A stretch of DNA of 64,000 nt, from assembly GCF_009914755.1 (NCBI RefSeq), contig NC_060927.1, one strand, 5' to 3'. This document shows, piece by piece, positions 1 to 14,795 of the stretch (its first letter is position 1; every line of letters begins with the position of its first letter). Under the pieces are notes generated by a model. The model made no database searches, had not been told where the DNA came from, and worked only from the letters and a program-made list of their open reading frames with translations. The stretch comes from the human T2T-CHM13v2.0 reference genome, Homo sapiens. The translations under genes and the position numbers were made by a program.

Positions 1-269
1 AGCTTCAGATGTCATTTCTGCAAGATGAGAGCCCTCAGAGTACCTCTGCATTCTCTTCCAACTCCAACAGCCTGTCAGTCACAAGAATTTTACACTTCAG
101 AAATTGATCTTCTGGATAAACCACTCCAAGGACAAACCCCAAATGGTTTCCAGCTGTCAGAAGAGATTCATTCCCACCCCAAATACGGTACCACCTTCTC
201 TGTCTCTCCAGATTCCCTACTGGGATGCTGCATTTAGTGTTTATTTCTTTTACTTTCTTTTCTTCCCCA

Positions 270-775
270 CTTTTCAACTTTTAATTTTGAAATAATTTTT
301 TACTTACACAGAAAGTAAGAAAAAATTTCTGATTACCCTTCTTATAGTTTCCCCAAATGTTAACATTTTTCATGCCACAGTGAAATGATCAAAATCAGAA
401 AGTTAACATTGATAAAATACTATTTTCTGACCTACAGTCCTCAAGTTCACCAATAGTCTCACTAATCTACTTTTTTTTCTGCTCCAAGATCCAGCCCAAA
501 TTTACGTGTTGCATTTAGTTTGTCTTGTTTTGTTTGTCTTCCTTGATTTGCAACAGATTCTCAATCTGTCTTTGTCTTTCATGCCCTTGATGCATTTGGA
601 GTATTGCCAAGGTATTTTTTAGAACGTCCCTCAATTCGGGTTGGTCTGGTGGTGATTGAGTTCAGTTTATACACTTTTACTAAAAATATCACAGAAGTGA
701 TTTGATTCCTTATTTTGCCTCTTATCAGGCGCTATGTGGTGTCAATTTGTCATATTACTCATGATGCTTTTTGTT
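270..775 (-). mobile_element. Old L1 (L1MC/L1ME-like) 3' fragment
   Basis: T-rich 'ttttaattttgaaataatttt..acttacacagaaag' start and 'gttgcatttagtttgtc' resemble antisense L1MC 3' end. Confidence 0.6.
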
Positions 776-1344
776 GCTCTCAGTTTTATCATATTCTAGA
801 TGTTTTATCTAAAAGTAGAGTAATAATAATAATACCTGCCTCACAAAGTTGTTGTGAAGATTGAGTAGAAAAAAGGCCATATAAAGCACAATTCCTGGGA
901 TAGCAGGGCTTATCATTTTCATCTTTTTTTTAAGTATATCAAATAATTAGGAAATTATTTGAGTAAAAATGGGAGTTTCTGACTGAGCTGGAGTTGGGGC
1001 ATTTGCAAATCCACATTTTGCCTTTGCATTCACTGCTGCAGCTGTGCCCCCTGAAGTCAGGAGAATTCCAGCAGGCCCGGAAGGATCACAACTCTCAATG
1101 TTTCTCTGTAAGGACAGCAAAAGTAACTAAAGTGTCATTTGAATGTTTGGCTATTGTAAGCTCAGTGGCAGGGGACATGTCTATTCAACCCTGGATCTGG
1201 CCTACAAGATGTCAGATAACCTTTTCAAGGGCATGAGATGTTAATAGTTTTTGAAGTCAAGTTACTAGATATTATGTTTTTGCCTGGGTAAAACATACGA
1301 TGAATGTATAAATCTGGGTTTTACAGGTGACATCTACATAGAGT

Positions 1345-1407
1345 GTTTATTTAACTAACTGCAGTTAGTTTATTTAACTAACTGCAGTTAGTTTATTTAA
1401 CTAACTG
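1345..1407. repeat. 23-bp tandem repeat (GTTTATTTAACTAACTGCAGTTA) x2.7 containing an 18-bp palindrome
   Basis: Units at 1345, 1368, 1391; AACTAACTGCAGTTAGTT is self-complementary. Confidence 0.95.
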
Positions 1408-2029
1408 ATTGACATGTAGGTATTCTGTAATATTTTTCTATTAGTCTGTGAATAGGCAGTCCAATGAATTATTTATTGGGCTAACACATCCTGGTGCTTT
1501 TTTTTTTTTTTTTTTTTTGAACATTCTCTATTGGAAGTCATGGTTTTGCTTACTCAATTAACCTTCTCCTGCCCACATCTTCTCTCTTGAGGAGTAAACT
1601 ACCAAAATACAAAGCAGCATTTTGGTGTACAGAGGAAGGGATCAAGCTTGCTCAAGATCTTATTCTCCTCCAGTTGTAATCTCTCCAAAATCACATGTAG
1701 AACCTTATTTTCTAATTGATTATAGGGCATGAGATGCACAAACACCAATTCACTATGCTTTTCTAGAAATGAGTAAAGCTGCGGCAGAGAAGTAAAGAGA
1801 GAAAACATTCCCCTCGTTCTGCCAGATTCCAGACTCATTTCTCTGAAGATAGCCACCATTTGAAGAGTACTACCAAGGTACTTTGTAGAACGTCCCTCTG
1901 TTTGGGCTGGTGCTGGGGATGGCAGTGACAACAAGAACTGTTGAATCAGAAAGTATTTTTCTATTGTCCCTTTACCCTCCATGCTCTCTATAGTGCCATT
2001 TTTTTTCCTTTTTTGTCTTCCCCATATGC

Positions 2030-2760
2030 TATTGTGGTCGTTCAAGTTGGGCGTGATCGTGGCTTGAACTAGGGTGGTTGAGGAGGAGGGAACGAACAGT
2101 AGAGGTAAGATTCAGAGGTGTATTTGAGCTTATTGTTGACAGGATTTCCTGATAGATTGGTTGAGGGGGTGTGAGTAAAAGAGATAAGTCAATGATAATT
2201 CCAGGGCTTTTTTGTTTGTTTTTTTGAGTCGGAGTCTCACTCTGTTGCTGAGGCTGGAGTGCAGTGGCATGATCTTGGCTCATTGCAACCTCAGCCTCCA
2301 GGTTCAAGCAATTCTCATGCCTCAGCCTTTCAAGTAGCTGGGATTACAGGCATGCACCACCATGCCCAGCTAATTTTTGTATTTTTAGTAGAGACGGGGT
2401 TTCACCATGTCTGGTCTCAAACTCCTGGCTGGTCTCAAACTCCTGGCCTCAAGTGATCCGCCCGCCTTGGCCACCCAAAGTGTGCTGAGATTACAGGTGT
2501 GAGCCACCGTGCCCGGCCTAGGTTTTTGTTTTTTTTTTCCTGAGCAACTAGGCAACTAGATGGGTGCTGGTGCTATTTACTGAGGTAGGGAACCCAGAGA
2601 GAAGAGCAAATTTGGAAAGAAGGGCTCAAAAGTTTTGTTTGAGGCCTGTTATGTTTGAAATGCCTATTAGAGAACCAAGGAGACATGTCAAATAAGCAGT
2701 TTGGATATATAAGCCTGGAATTTAGGAAAGTGTAGTGGAAAGAACACGAGATTTTGTGTG
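2030..2760 (-). mobile_element. L2 fragment interrupted by Alu
   Basis: Purine-rich 'ggcttgaactagggtggt', 'tttgaaatgcctattaga', 'gcagtttggatatataagcctgga' typical of antisense L2. Confidence 0.7.
2208..2518 (-). mobile_element. AluS-type
   Basis: Antisense Alu dimer ending gcccggcc; internal 18-bp duplication ctggtctcaaactcctgg. Confidence 0.95.
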
Positions 2761-2780
2761 GTACATTTGGAATTACAATC

Positions 2781-3082
2781 TTTTTTTTTTTTTTTTTTTT
2801 GAGACAGAGTCTCACTCTGTTGCCCAGGCTGGAGTCAGTGGTGTGATCTCAGCTCACTGCAACCTCCGCCTCCCGGATTCAAGTGATTCTCCTGCCTCAG
2901 GCTGCCCATGTAGCTGGGACTACAGGTGTGTGCCACCACGCCCGGCTAATTTTTTTGCATTTTTAGTAGAGATGGGGTTTTACCATGTTGGCCAGGCTGG
3001 TCTCGAACTCCTGACCTCGTGATCCGCCTGCCGTGGCCTCCCAAAGTGCTGGGATTACAGGCATGAGCCCCCATGCCCAGCC
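2781..3082 (-). mobile_element. AluS-type with TSD
   Basis: Poly-T plus Alu body; TSD GAATTACAATCTTTTT at 2770 and 3085. Confidence 0.95.
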
Positions 3083-3169
3083 CAGAATTACAATCTTTTT
3101 ATAAGACTTTGACTATGTATTTAACCTCTCGGGCTCACAATTAACATATACATCAATTGTAAATTATAT

Positions 3170-3943
<774 letters not shown>

Positions 3944-4430
3944 AGCTGACTTGATCAGGTTTTTGTGAAGATGAAGTAAGGTAACACATGTAAATTGACT
4001 GCCACATGGTAGATTCTCAATAAATATTAGCTATTATTATTAAGACATAGCTTCAAAATCAATTCCCAGGACCTGTAGATATTAGTCTTATTTTACTAAT
4101 ATACGTATAGGAGAAGAAAATGAACATGCTTTCTTGTTTCTTTATTGTTTTCTCCCGCAGAAGTAGAGCTACGGTTCTTTTTCCTTTGCACTCAATTGTA
4201 CTGCCTAATAGATGTTCTATGATTATATAAAATTTGGTGAATAAGTAATCTACTGCTCTTGTTTTCGAAAAGTAAAAATTCCCTTTTAATGTTCTCATTA
4301 AAATGGCTTTGAAACCAAAGTTTAAAATCTGAACATGGATTTTTTTCCAATAATTTTCCCAAATGTAAAATTTGTATTTGCCAATTTTTAAATTTTGTAA
4401 CCTAAGTCTATTGCTTATTTCTAACTGTAA

Positions 4431-4768
<338 letters not shown>

Positions 4769-5120
4769 ACAATTTCTTTGCTATTTAATTTTCTTCTATA
4801 TAAGTCACATCAAGGCTGCTATAAATATTTCGGTAATAAAGGAACAAATCACTCATGCTTTAGCCATAGCTCTTTACCTGCATAAAAACAGCACAAAGTG
4901 GTGCATTGTTTAGACAGATGTGAGGACATAGAGATGATGTGCATGTGTGTGTTTATGCCATTCTGGGCACCAGAAACTTGACGATAGTGGTCACATAAGG
5001 GAACTACCAAGATATCTTTTGTATCTCTATTTAACAATACCCACAGGAGTTCTGAAGCTTGGGACTTTTCGAAGAAGGCAAAATAATTTTTTAGAATGAT
5101 TATACTTTAACTACTACTAA

Positions 5121-5478
5121 TATGTATGTATGTGTGTATATACACACATAACATTTATGTATGTGTGTATATACACATAACATTTATGTATGTGTGTATA
5201 TACACATAACATTTATGTATGTGTGTATATACACATAACATTTATGTATGTGTGTATATACACATAACATTTATGTATGTGTGTATATACACATAACATT
5301 TATGTATGTGTGTATATACACATAACATTTATGTATATACACATAACATTTATGTATATATACATATGTATACACACATAACATTTATGTATATATACAT
5401 ATGTATACATATATATACACATAACATGTATATATACATATGTATGTATATGTGTATATACACATAGCATTTTATGTA
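5121..5478. repeat. 29-bp AT-rich minisatellite (ATGTATGTGTGTATATACACATAACATTT)
   Basis: Six perfect units 5157-5330, one near-perfect unit before, degenerate units after. Confidence 0.95.
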
Positions 5479-6179
5479 TACCAACAAAGAATACTATTTA
5501 GGAGAGAGTTCTGTTATCATTTTTAAAGGTGAGATTGCTTAGCCATTTGGTATTTTTCTCCTTGCATTGTACAAGTTCTGTAGATTCTGTTTAGATTCTG
5601 GCCCCAAATCTTAAGCCTACTTGTTCTGAGAAGTCACTTCTTTGGGGTCCTTAATCCCTATGCTAGAATATTTCTGGTCTGTCCACAAATATGATTGGCA
5701 GAATGTTATCTCCTTATTGAGCCTCTGTTTCCCTGCCATTGTGGTTCTACCTGACCTTCTGCATCCTGTATATGTTTCTGCCTATGTGTGGCCTTGGGAA
5801 GGATAATTTAGCTTCTTTCCTTTGACAAGAAGAGTAACTTCTTTGGGATCCAAACACAAAATGCTCCATTCACTGGCAGAAGCTGGATTGTCATAACATG
5901 TCTTGTGTAACACTACTAAATACCTTTTCTTATCACAGCAGTGCAAGTTTGCACCTGTTCAGCCACATTGCATGCAGTGCTGTCTGGGTAACACCAGTAG
6001 AAGGACACAAAACAAAACAGGAACGAATCAACTTAGAGTCTCAGTTGACTTTTCCCTTTCTTTCTGAATTTTTGGTGCCATTTTCACAAAACTCATGGTT
6101 TACTTTATTCCTATGAATCATATAATTTCCTTTCTTCACTTTACTTGTAGAAATACATTACAATATTATTTTCTTTTTT

Positions 6180-6287
6180 AAAAAATATGGAATGCTTCAA
6201 GAATTTGCATGTCATCCTTGCACAGGGACCACACTAATCTTCTCTGTGTCATTCCAATTTTAGTATATGTGGTGCTGAAGCAAGCAC
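6180..6287 (-). pseudogene. U6 snRNA processed pseudogene (full length)
   Basis: Reverse complement GTGCTTGCTTCAGCACCACATATACTAAAATTGGAATGACACAGAGAAGATTAG...CCATATTTTT matches U6; short A tail; TSD TACAATATTATTTT at 6159-6172 and 6288-6301. Confidence 0.97.
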
Positions 6288-6449
6288 TACAATATTATTT
6301 TTAAATTGAAAAATCATAGGCTATGAAGACATATGTTTTCCCTTTGTCTCAGAATCACACAGCCCTCATATCAATTTATGCATTTTCCTAAAGTGAAAGG
6401 ACATTGATCAATTTTTTGCCATATTGTTATACAAAAATACATGGAATCA

Positions 6450-6845
6450 TATCAGTCAGGATAATCTCAATTATGCTTCAGTGATAACCAGCCCTGAATT
6501 TCAGTGATGCAATAAGATTTATTTCTTACTCATGCTACCTCCCAGTGTGGGTTGACTGGGGAGCCAAGGTCATCCAGGTCTCTTAGGGCCCCAGGCTGAC
6601 AGAAGCTCCATCTCAATTCACACTCTCATCATCACACATGCACAAAATAGGGAAATGTGGCAAATTGTGCGCTGGCTCCTAAAGTTTTGGGCCAGAAGTG
6701 ACATGTCACTTTATTCATATTTCATTGGCCAAAGCAAGTCCCATGGTCAAGCATAATTTTCAAAAGGAGAGAAGAGTCCAAACCTGTTGTATTTCCAAAG
6801 GGAGATGAACTGGAATATGTGTAAACAGCCCCAATGACCATGGTA
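6450..6845 (-). mobile_element. Old MLT1 (J/K/L-like) LTR
   Basis: 'atttatttcttactcatgctac', 'ccagaagtgacatgtcactttattcatatttcattggccaaagcaagtc'. Confidence 0.7.
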
Positions 6846-6919
6846 GTACCTTAGAAAGAATTAATCTCACCAGAAATACAAGTAATTAAAAATATTTAAA
6901 TATATAAAGAAAGAAAACA

Positions 6920-7370
6920 ATAGTGCTGCCAAGTAACAGTGCAATAGTCACTCTCTTACACTGATTATGAAATATTTCTGAAAAGCAATTTAGAAATATG
7001 TATTTATCAAGCGCCTCAAAAATCATCCATAAACTTTGGACCTTATTTACACTTTCAGAATTTAGCTTCATAAGAATAAAAATTGTAAATATCTAAATGT
7101 CTACTAAAGGGGAATTGGTAAATCTACTACCATAGCACACATAATGTAATATTATATAGCCACTAAATATCATAGGTTTGAATAATTTAAAATGGTAAAA
7201 TGCTCAGGATGTAACGTTAGGTGAAAACTATCAGGGTATAATAGTGTTTTCAATATTAACTCATTAAAGAACCTTAGTGGTAGTTATCTCTGGCAGGTGG
7301 GATTAGGGTTTTTATTTTTCATTTTTATACCTTTCACACATTCTAAAATAAACATATACATTTTTAAAGA
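6920..7370 (+). mobile_element. Old L1ME-like 3' fragment
   Basis: 'aatattatatagccactaaa', 'tggtagttatctctggcaggtgggatta'. Confidence 0.5.
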
Positions 7371-7409
7371 AAAATACAACTGAACTTAAAAAATACTCAA
7401 CACTTCTGT

Positions 7410-8120
7410 TTTATAGCTTTATTGAAGTATAATTTATATACCTTGACATTCATCCATTTAAAGTGTACAGTTATATGAGTTTTAGCAAATTTATACAGTT
7501 ATGTAACCATCACCACAATTAAAATTTGGAATACTTTCAACATCCCCAAAAAGTTCTCTCATTCCCTTTTGTAGTTCATTCCTGCTCACACCCCAGCCCT
7601 TCAATCTGTTTTCTATTGCTGCATAATTTTGCTCTTGTTAGAGATTTTATATGAATGGAACTGTATGCATATGTTATTTTATATCTGTCTCCTTTCACTT
7701 AGCATGATGTTTTTGAGATTAATTCATGTTGTTACATGTATCAGTAATTCATTCTTTTTATTACTGAGTAGTGTTCTATTGTATGGAAACACAATATTTT
7801 GCTTATCCATTTAGCAGTTGATGGACATTGGGTTGTTTCCAGACTTTGGCTATTATGAATAATGATGCTATGAGTATTTGCATACAAATCTTTGTGTGGA
7901 TATATATTTTTATTTCCCTTGGATAGATATCTAGGAATGGATTTGCTGAGTCATATGGGAAGTGTAAGTTTAATTTTTTAAGAAACTGCCAACCTGTTTC
8001 CAACATGGCCATACCATTTTACATTCCCACCAGCAATGTAAGAGAGTTCTTGTTTCCCTAGATTCTTGCCAATACTTGGTATTGGTAGTCTTTTTAATTT
8101 TAGCCGTTTTGATAGGTTAA
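7410..8120 (-). mobile_element. L1MB-like 3' fragment
   Basis: 'agctttattgaagtataattt' ... 'acattcccaccagcaatgta' antisense L1 3' end; ORF 7803-8012 resembles ORF2 C-terminus. Confidence 0.85.
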
Positions 8121-8759
8121 AAAATATCTAGCACGTGGATTGTTCCCTCACAGGCATTTAGCTGGCAGTACGGTTGTAAGCTCTATTCACATGGTAGCTC
8201 AAAGCTGGGATCTTGAGTTTCCATGCTTGCAGGCCTCCAGCATCCTAATCAAAAGTAAAGGAAGTCTTCATCAACAACCAAAGGTTCAACTCTTTGTTAT
8301 TATAGACTTAGGCCAAGTAAGTTTCTTACAGTAACACAACATACACAACTCAACCCACATACAAACTGACCAGACTTTTGTGTTTCTTACAAATGTGTGT
8401 GTTGGGGTACTGCAGGGCAAGGGGAATAGGGATAGAAATACGTTGTGAACTTTTCTCTTTTGCATGAAAGCTAATTAAGGAACAGGCATGCCACTGAATG
8501 TTTCTTTTCCTTTTTTTTTTTTTTTTGACAAGACAAAGTGTGGGCTGAATATATAATTTGAATATATATAATTATTTCTTGATAACTATAAGGACAAGAA
8601 ACAAGTGCTGCAGGACTTATGGAATTCTTTGGTATGGGATGTGCCTAGAGAAATGGTATACTCATGTGAAAGAAAGGTAAAGGAGAAAAATCCCAAGAGA
8701 AACTCTGTAGCATAAGGTTTCTGTTCAGTGTGTGGGGAGTCCGAATGTGTTGTTAAGGA

Positions 8760-8900
8760 CACTGTGCTAGAATAAAAATTGTCTGGGTTCCAATTTAGGT
8801 CTTTCATTTATCAGCTGTGTGACCTCAGATGAGTCATTTAATGTCTCTGGCGTCCTCATCTGTAAAATGGGTGTAATAATATCTGACCTACCTACTGCGT
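8760..8900 (+). mobile_element. MIR
   Basis: Core 'agctgtgtgacctcag...cctcatctgtaaaatggg'. Confidence 0.8.
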
Positions 8901-9194
8901 GACAATCTTGGATCCAAACAGCACTATAGAACCATTTTTATAGAGCACTTTGCCTTATTTGTACACAGTACATTTGTACTTTTCATTTAATCTTTTATCT
9001 TATGCAATCACCAAATAACCCAGTGAGGTAGCAAAGCGTAGTTATTATCTCCATGGTACAGATGACTAAACTGTGGCTCAGAGGCTTTGGAATCACAAAA
9101 GAAAGACTTCTAGTTCCCTGGCCAACAGAATATTATTTTATGCTATAGTTCTTATAGGTTATGTTACATCGTGCTATAATTCTTAATATTGTCA

Positions 9195-9353
9195 TTAGAA
9201 TTGGGCCACACATTTGTTTATGTGTTGTCTACACCTGCTTTTGTGTGACAACACAAAAGGTAGAGCTGAGTCGTAGCAACAGAGACCACATAGCGTGCAA
9301 TGCCCAAAGTATGTACCAACTGGCTCTTTAAGAAAATGTTTGCTAGCCTCTGA
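9195..9353. mobile_element. MER58A-like hAT DNA transposon fragment
   Basis: 'gcaacagagaccacatag...tggctctttaagaaaatgtttgctagcctctg'. Confidence 0.7.
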
Positions 9354-9354
9354 T

Positions 9355-9550
9355 TTAAGTGCTTTTTACTATGTGTATTAACTCACTCAATCCTCCTAAT
9401 AATCCTACGAGGCTGGTTATATTAGGCATTAAGGGAAACTGAGGCATAGAAAGGTAGAGTAACTAGATCAAAGTAAAACAGTGAGTAAATGGAGGAGCTG
9501 AAGTCTGAACCCAGATAGTCTGGATCCAAACCCAATGCCCTTAATGCCTT
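9355..9550 (-). mobile_element. MIR
   Basis: 'ggaaactgaggcatagaaagg...gaacccagatagtctgg'. Confidence 0.75.
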
Positions 9551-11359
9551 TCATTACTGGCCTCGGTGATTCCTATTTGGCTACATCTCATTTGGTCGAC
9601 ATTCACTGAGTAACTCTTAGTGGCCAGACACCATTCTAGGGATTGGGGCTAGTATAGAATACGCTCTTATGAAGCTAACATTCCAGTGGAGGAACTAAAA
9701 CTATTATCAAGTGACCAAATAAATGAGCAAGATTGTTTCAGAGAATGAAGTCTGTGGGGGAAAATAATAGGTTAGAGTGATCAGAGACAGAGAACTGGGT
9801 GGATAAAGGGGGCAGGAGAGACGTTGCTAGAAACCGCTGTGTACGTTGAACATATTCTGACTCTGATCCTCCCAATGGAAGACCCTTATTCTTATTGCTT
9901 CTTCTTCTTTGTCTCCCCAGCCCCTGGCACAGAGTGAGCACTTAAAAACCACCTGTGTACATATGACTGACCTTTCCGTCACCTGCCTTCCCATTGGCCT
10001 CTTCCTGCCCCTTCATCCACCTTTGTGTTTGAATATTCATTCACATGGCTTGTTCTTCCACACCAAATTATGAGCCTCTAACAGTCATGATCTCTGACTC
10101 TAAGTCCCATAGACTTAGTCCAGAGTGCTGCACAGAGAGGGACCTCAAGAATAATTTCTAAATAACATTTTAGAATCAGCTCTTGGCCCAAGTCTTTCAA
10201 AAATAGCCATGTACAGGTTGAAATTTTAGTTAAAACTGCATGTGGGCCATAGTTTTATCTCCCTTATCTGAGGTAATAGGGAAGGAACCACAGTTATTTG
10301 CAATAACAGATCCTACACCAGTTCTCTGTGCTTCTCTGTGAGTGGCCAATGGTACTTCCACACTGCTGCTCTGTTTATCCAGCCCTGACCCCTGGTGAAT
10401 CCGGCCTGCCTGTGGGTTTTGGCCTCCAATCAGTATATAAAAGGTCGGGAGGAAGGAATAACCCAAGTCCCCATAGGTAATACACGAATAGGGTGATGCA
10501 GTAGTGGCTGATGAGGGGAGTTACAGACTGATAATGTAAACTTACATGAAGCACAGCTTTCCAGGATTAGGTAGAAATTCCATCTGTGTGCCAAACTAGC
10601 CCTTTACAAGCATAAGCAAACCCAGAGTCTTCGTGAGATGTAAGATGGAAAAATGATCAAATGCCTGACAAGAGCCTAACATGGGCATTTCTAGCTCTGG
10701 CTTCTGCCTTGACCTTGTATGACCTTTGCAATTGTCCTAGGCAGGCAGACTTCATGACACCTGTCCCCTGCAGCAACTGTCAAGTCAGCCCCACCTGATT
10801 TCACTAAGCTGGAAGCCGGATCTGTCCAACACTGCCAGCTGTTACCCACATTTGCTTTTATGGCTTTCCTTTGCTCCCATCTCTTGTGTGTTCTCCTCTT
10901 GCTTATCCTCTTTTCCCCTCTCTTTACTTCTATGAATAGTAATTTTCATGCTTTTTCATTCTAACTTTATTACATCTGCAAAGTCCTTATTTCCAAATAA
11001 GATCAGGGTTTAGGTCTAGACATATATTTTGGGGGAGATACACTGAACCTACTGCAATATGCTTTCGTTTTATTTAGGAATGTAAGGTGACATCTAATCA
11101 ACATCATGCTGACATATGGGCTGGACTTTAAAAACCCACCTTCAGACAAAGAAGGAAATGAATTTGGTGAGATGGTAGGAGCCTGAAAGGTGAACATGCA
11201 GTGGTGAAAACTGGTCTTATGATGCCTTCCTGACAATTGCAGACAAATAGAATTGGCTTATTCCATATTTCCTCTTCTGCACATTTTGGAATATAAGATA
11301 GAATCATACCTTGCCAGAATTTGGGATGTTTCCTCTAGCAATTTGCCCATTGCAATCTT

Positions 11360-11550
11360 TTACTTATTGAGCATCTACAATGTGGTAGACCCTATGTAGG
11401 TACTTTCATCCCTAAAAAGTGAGGTAGAGTCTCTTATCCCTAATTTGAGGCTCAGAAAGGTTAAGTAATAACCTGCCTATGAAAACACAGTTGGCAAGTG
11501 GCGTGGCTGAGAACTAAACTCAATGTTATCAATCTCTTTAACCCACTTTC
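11360..11550 (-). mobile_element. MIR
   Basis: 'tgaggctcagaaaggttaagtaa'. Confidence 0.7.
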
Positions 11551-12285
11551 TTTGGTTCAGACATTAACACTTGTATTCATTACTGTCATGAAGCACCAAG
11601 TGTTAGACCTTAGTGATAAAGCAGGGAAACCTGGTGGTCATGGCTCCAAGTTTACACTGCAGAAGTGGAACTCTGGAAGAGGTACAGGAATCAATTACAT
11701 GAAAAGTCAGGAGAGGAGCATCCCATGACTTCACCTCACAGAGCTGAACTGTCTGAAATGCTGCCATTTTTAGCATGGGTGATATCTATTTTGTCATTTA
11801 TGAACACCTTAAGGATCAATGGAGATAGGTTATCCATGGAGGGCAAGGACTTTGTCATTTAAGATGACTTAGGATCCACACTTATCCACATCCCAAGGAC
11901 GCAGGAGCTACTACTCTGTTGCTAGCTTTTTTTAACTTAACTTCCTAAGACTGCAAAGCAGAGATGGGAAACACCTGGGTTAGTTCAAGGGCTGTCCAAG
12001 GGACAGGTTGAGTGTACTTAAAGTTCAAAACTGATTATGATTGTGCTTTGAAAATAGCAACTTCGTTCTTCCATAAGGGTTAACATTTATATCCCACAAA
12101 TATAAGTTGCTAATTGCATTCATTTTAGTATCAAGATACTTCCAAAGGAGAGAAAGAAGTAGCTAAAAATAGCTTGGGCTGGCAAATATGTGGCACATTG
12201 TTGAGAATGTTGTGATCTTTCCATGTGTGGTGATCTCAGTAAACCTGGACCTACTTCTGGGTTGGTGTTTCCAATCTGAAAACCT

Positions 12286-12582
<297 letters not shown>

Positions 12583-12822
12583 TCATCTCAAAAACTTTTG
12601 ATAGCCTTCCAGGGAGTGGAGAACACAGTCCAAACATCCTTAGCCTGGCCTTCAACATCCTATACAGTCTGGACCCTACATTCTTATCCAGCTCAGTCTT
12701 CTACTACATCCCCTGGCTCCCACCAAGCCTGTACATAAGTCATCACTGTCAGTCCAGACCCTCCTGGTTGTGGCCAGTGTGGTCCAGCTCCTAACCCTTG
12801 CTCAGCCTCTGCCTTCTGCCTG

Positions 12823-13641
12823 TGTGGGAGATTGTAAAAATGGCTGCAATTATTATCCTCACTGTATCCACAATCCTTTGGAATGTGACTTCATCAAGAA
12901 GTGGAGCTTTTTCCTACCCCTTAAACCTGGAGTGGTCTTGTGACTTGCTTTGGCCAGCAGAATGGAGCAGAAGTGATGCAGTGCCAGTTCTGAGCATAAG
13001 TGTTCAGAAGTCTTGCTTACTTTCGTTCACTCACTTGGAGCTCTGGTGTCACCACAGGGACAAGCCAGGCTAACCTAGTGGGATGATAAGACCCATGTGG
13101 CACAGGCTGGGCGCAGTGGCTCACACCTGTAATCCCAGCACTTTGGGAGGCCAAGGTGGGCGGATCACGAGGTCAGGAGATGGAGACCATCCTGGCTAAC
13201 ACAGTGAAACCCCGTCTCTACTAAAAATACAAAAAAATTAGCCGGGTGGGGTGGCGGGTGCCTGTAGTCCCAGCTACTCAGGAGACTGAGGCAAGAGAAT
13301 GGAGGCGGAGCTTGCAGTGAGCCGAGATCACGCCACTGCACTCCAGCCTCAGCGACAGAGAGAGACTCCGCCTCAAAAAAAAAAAAAAAAAAAAAAAAAA
13401 GACTCATGTGGCACAGTCACCCTCTCCCTCAACAGGTTAGCCATCCAGCCAGTGATGGACCTGCCAGGGGACTGCAGTTGCTTGAGTGAGTGATAACTGC
13501 TGAAGTGAGATCAGCCAAGCCTAGCCCAGAGTAGCAGAGCTATCTCTCTTATCTGTAGACAGGCAAGCAAAAATCAATGGCTGTTATTTGAAGTCACTTA
13601 GTTTTGGCGTGGGTTAATATGAAACAAGAGATAACTGGTAC
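12823..13641 (+). mobile_element. MLT1-family LTR, interrupted by AluY
   Basis: 'tgtgggagattgtaaaaatggc', 'tgtgacttgctttggccagcagaatg', end 'gataactggtaca'. Confidence 0.75.
13105..13400 (+). mobile_element. AluY with TSD
   Basis: Y diagnostics (gagaccatcctggctaacac, ggagcttgcagtgag); TSD AGAC(C/T)CATGTGGCACA. Confidence 0.95.
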
Positions 13642-13849
13642 ACTCTTGAATTTCCTTCCCATTCATCCATTAAACATGACCTAAGAGTCTGCTACATGAC
13701 TTGATCTCTGGTCGACATTGGGGGTTTAGCACCAATACAGACTATCTCCAAGGAGTTCCCATTTCCTTTTGTTGGGCCTTTGAAGTCCCCTTCTTTCAAG
13801 GCAGCCAAAGATGGTCAAATCCCACTTCCCAGATGTCTTCTCAGATCTT

Positions 13850-14465
13850 CCCAGTCAAAATTGATCTCTCCCTTTCTCAATCCCAATTGACTGTCTTTAT
13901 ATCACTTCTCTGGATTCTTTCTCACCTAGACGGTTGCAAGAGCTGCTGATTGGCCTCTGCATGTCTAATCTGCTCTTGAATTTGTCCTTCTCAGCCTTAC
14001 CACAGTGAGCTTTCAAAATGCAAATTATATTATGACCCTTGGAGTGAATCTCCTCACTGACTGTCAGACCCTTGAAAAAGTCCCACATCCACCTTCGTGC
14101 TCTGTCGCCTGAACACTTCTCCTGTCTCATCTTCCATCTTATATTTACTGTCTGTTAATAGTTCACTCTTTCCTGTTCTCTCTTCTAGGAATGTTCTCGG
14201 CACCCAAGGCTGACTGATATGCTTTTATTTACCTTCTTAAATTCAGTTGTCACCTCTTCCAGGAAGTCTTTATTGAACTCTGCTGCTTCCCTGCCCCACC
14301 TTCTCATTTCTGTGACTGTAATACTGTTACTGTGCATTATTTTAATTTCTTATGTTTACATGTCTGGAGACAACCATTTTTAAACTCAAGGCCCAGGTAT
14401 TAATTTTATCTGTACATCTAGCTATCCCTTAGGCAAAATCTTTTCACTTAGATGATACTCAAAAG
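13850..14465 (+). mobile_element. L2 fragment
   Basis: 'tctcacctagacggttgcaagagc', 'tcacctcttccaggaagtctt'; terminal 'aatgaatgaa' resumes after Alu at ~14810. Confidence 0.6.
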
Positions 14466-14469
14466 TGTC

Positions 14470-14795
<326 letters not shown>

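Noticed and set aside
1599-2045. 148-aa minus-strand ORF
   Set aside because: No recognisable domain, starts within an L2 edge, no exon support; consistent with a chance ORF
5121-5478. CRISPR-like array (29-bp repeats)
   Set aside because: Head-to-tail units with no unique spacers, eukaryotic context, no cas genes
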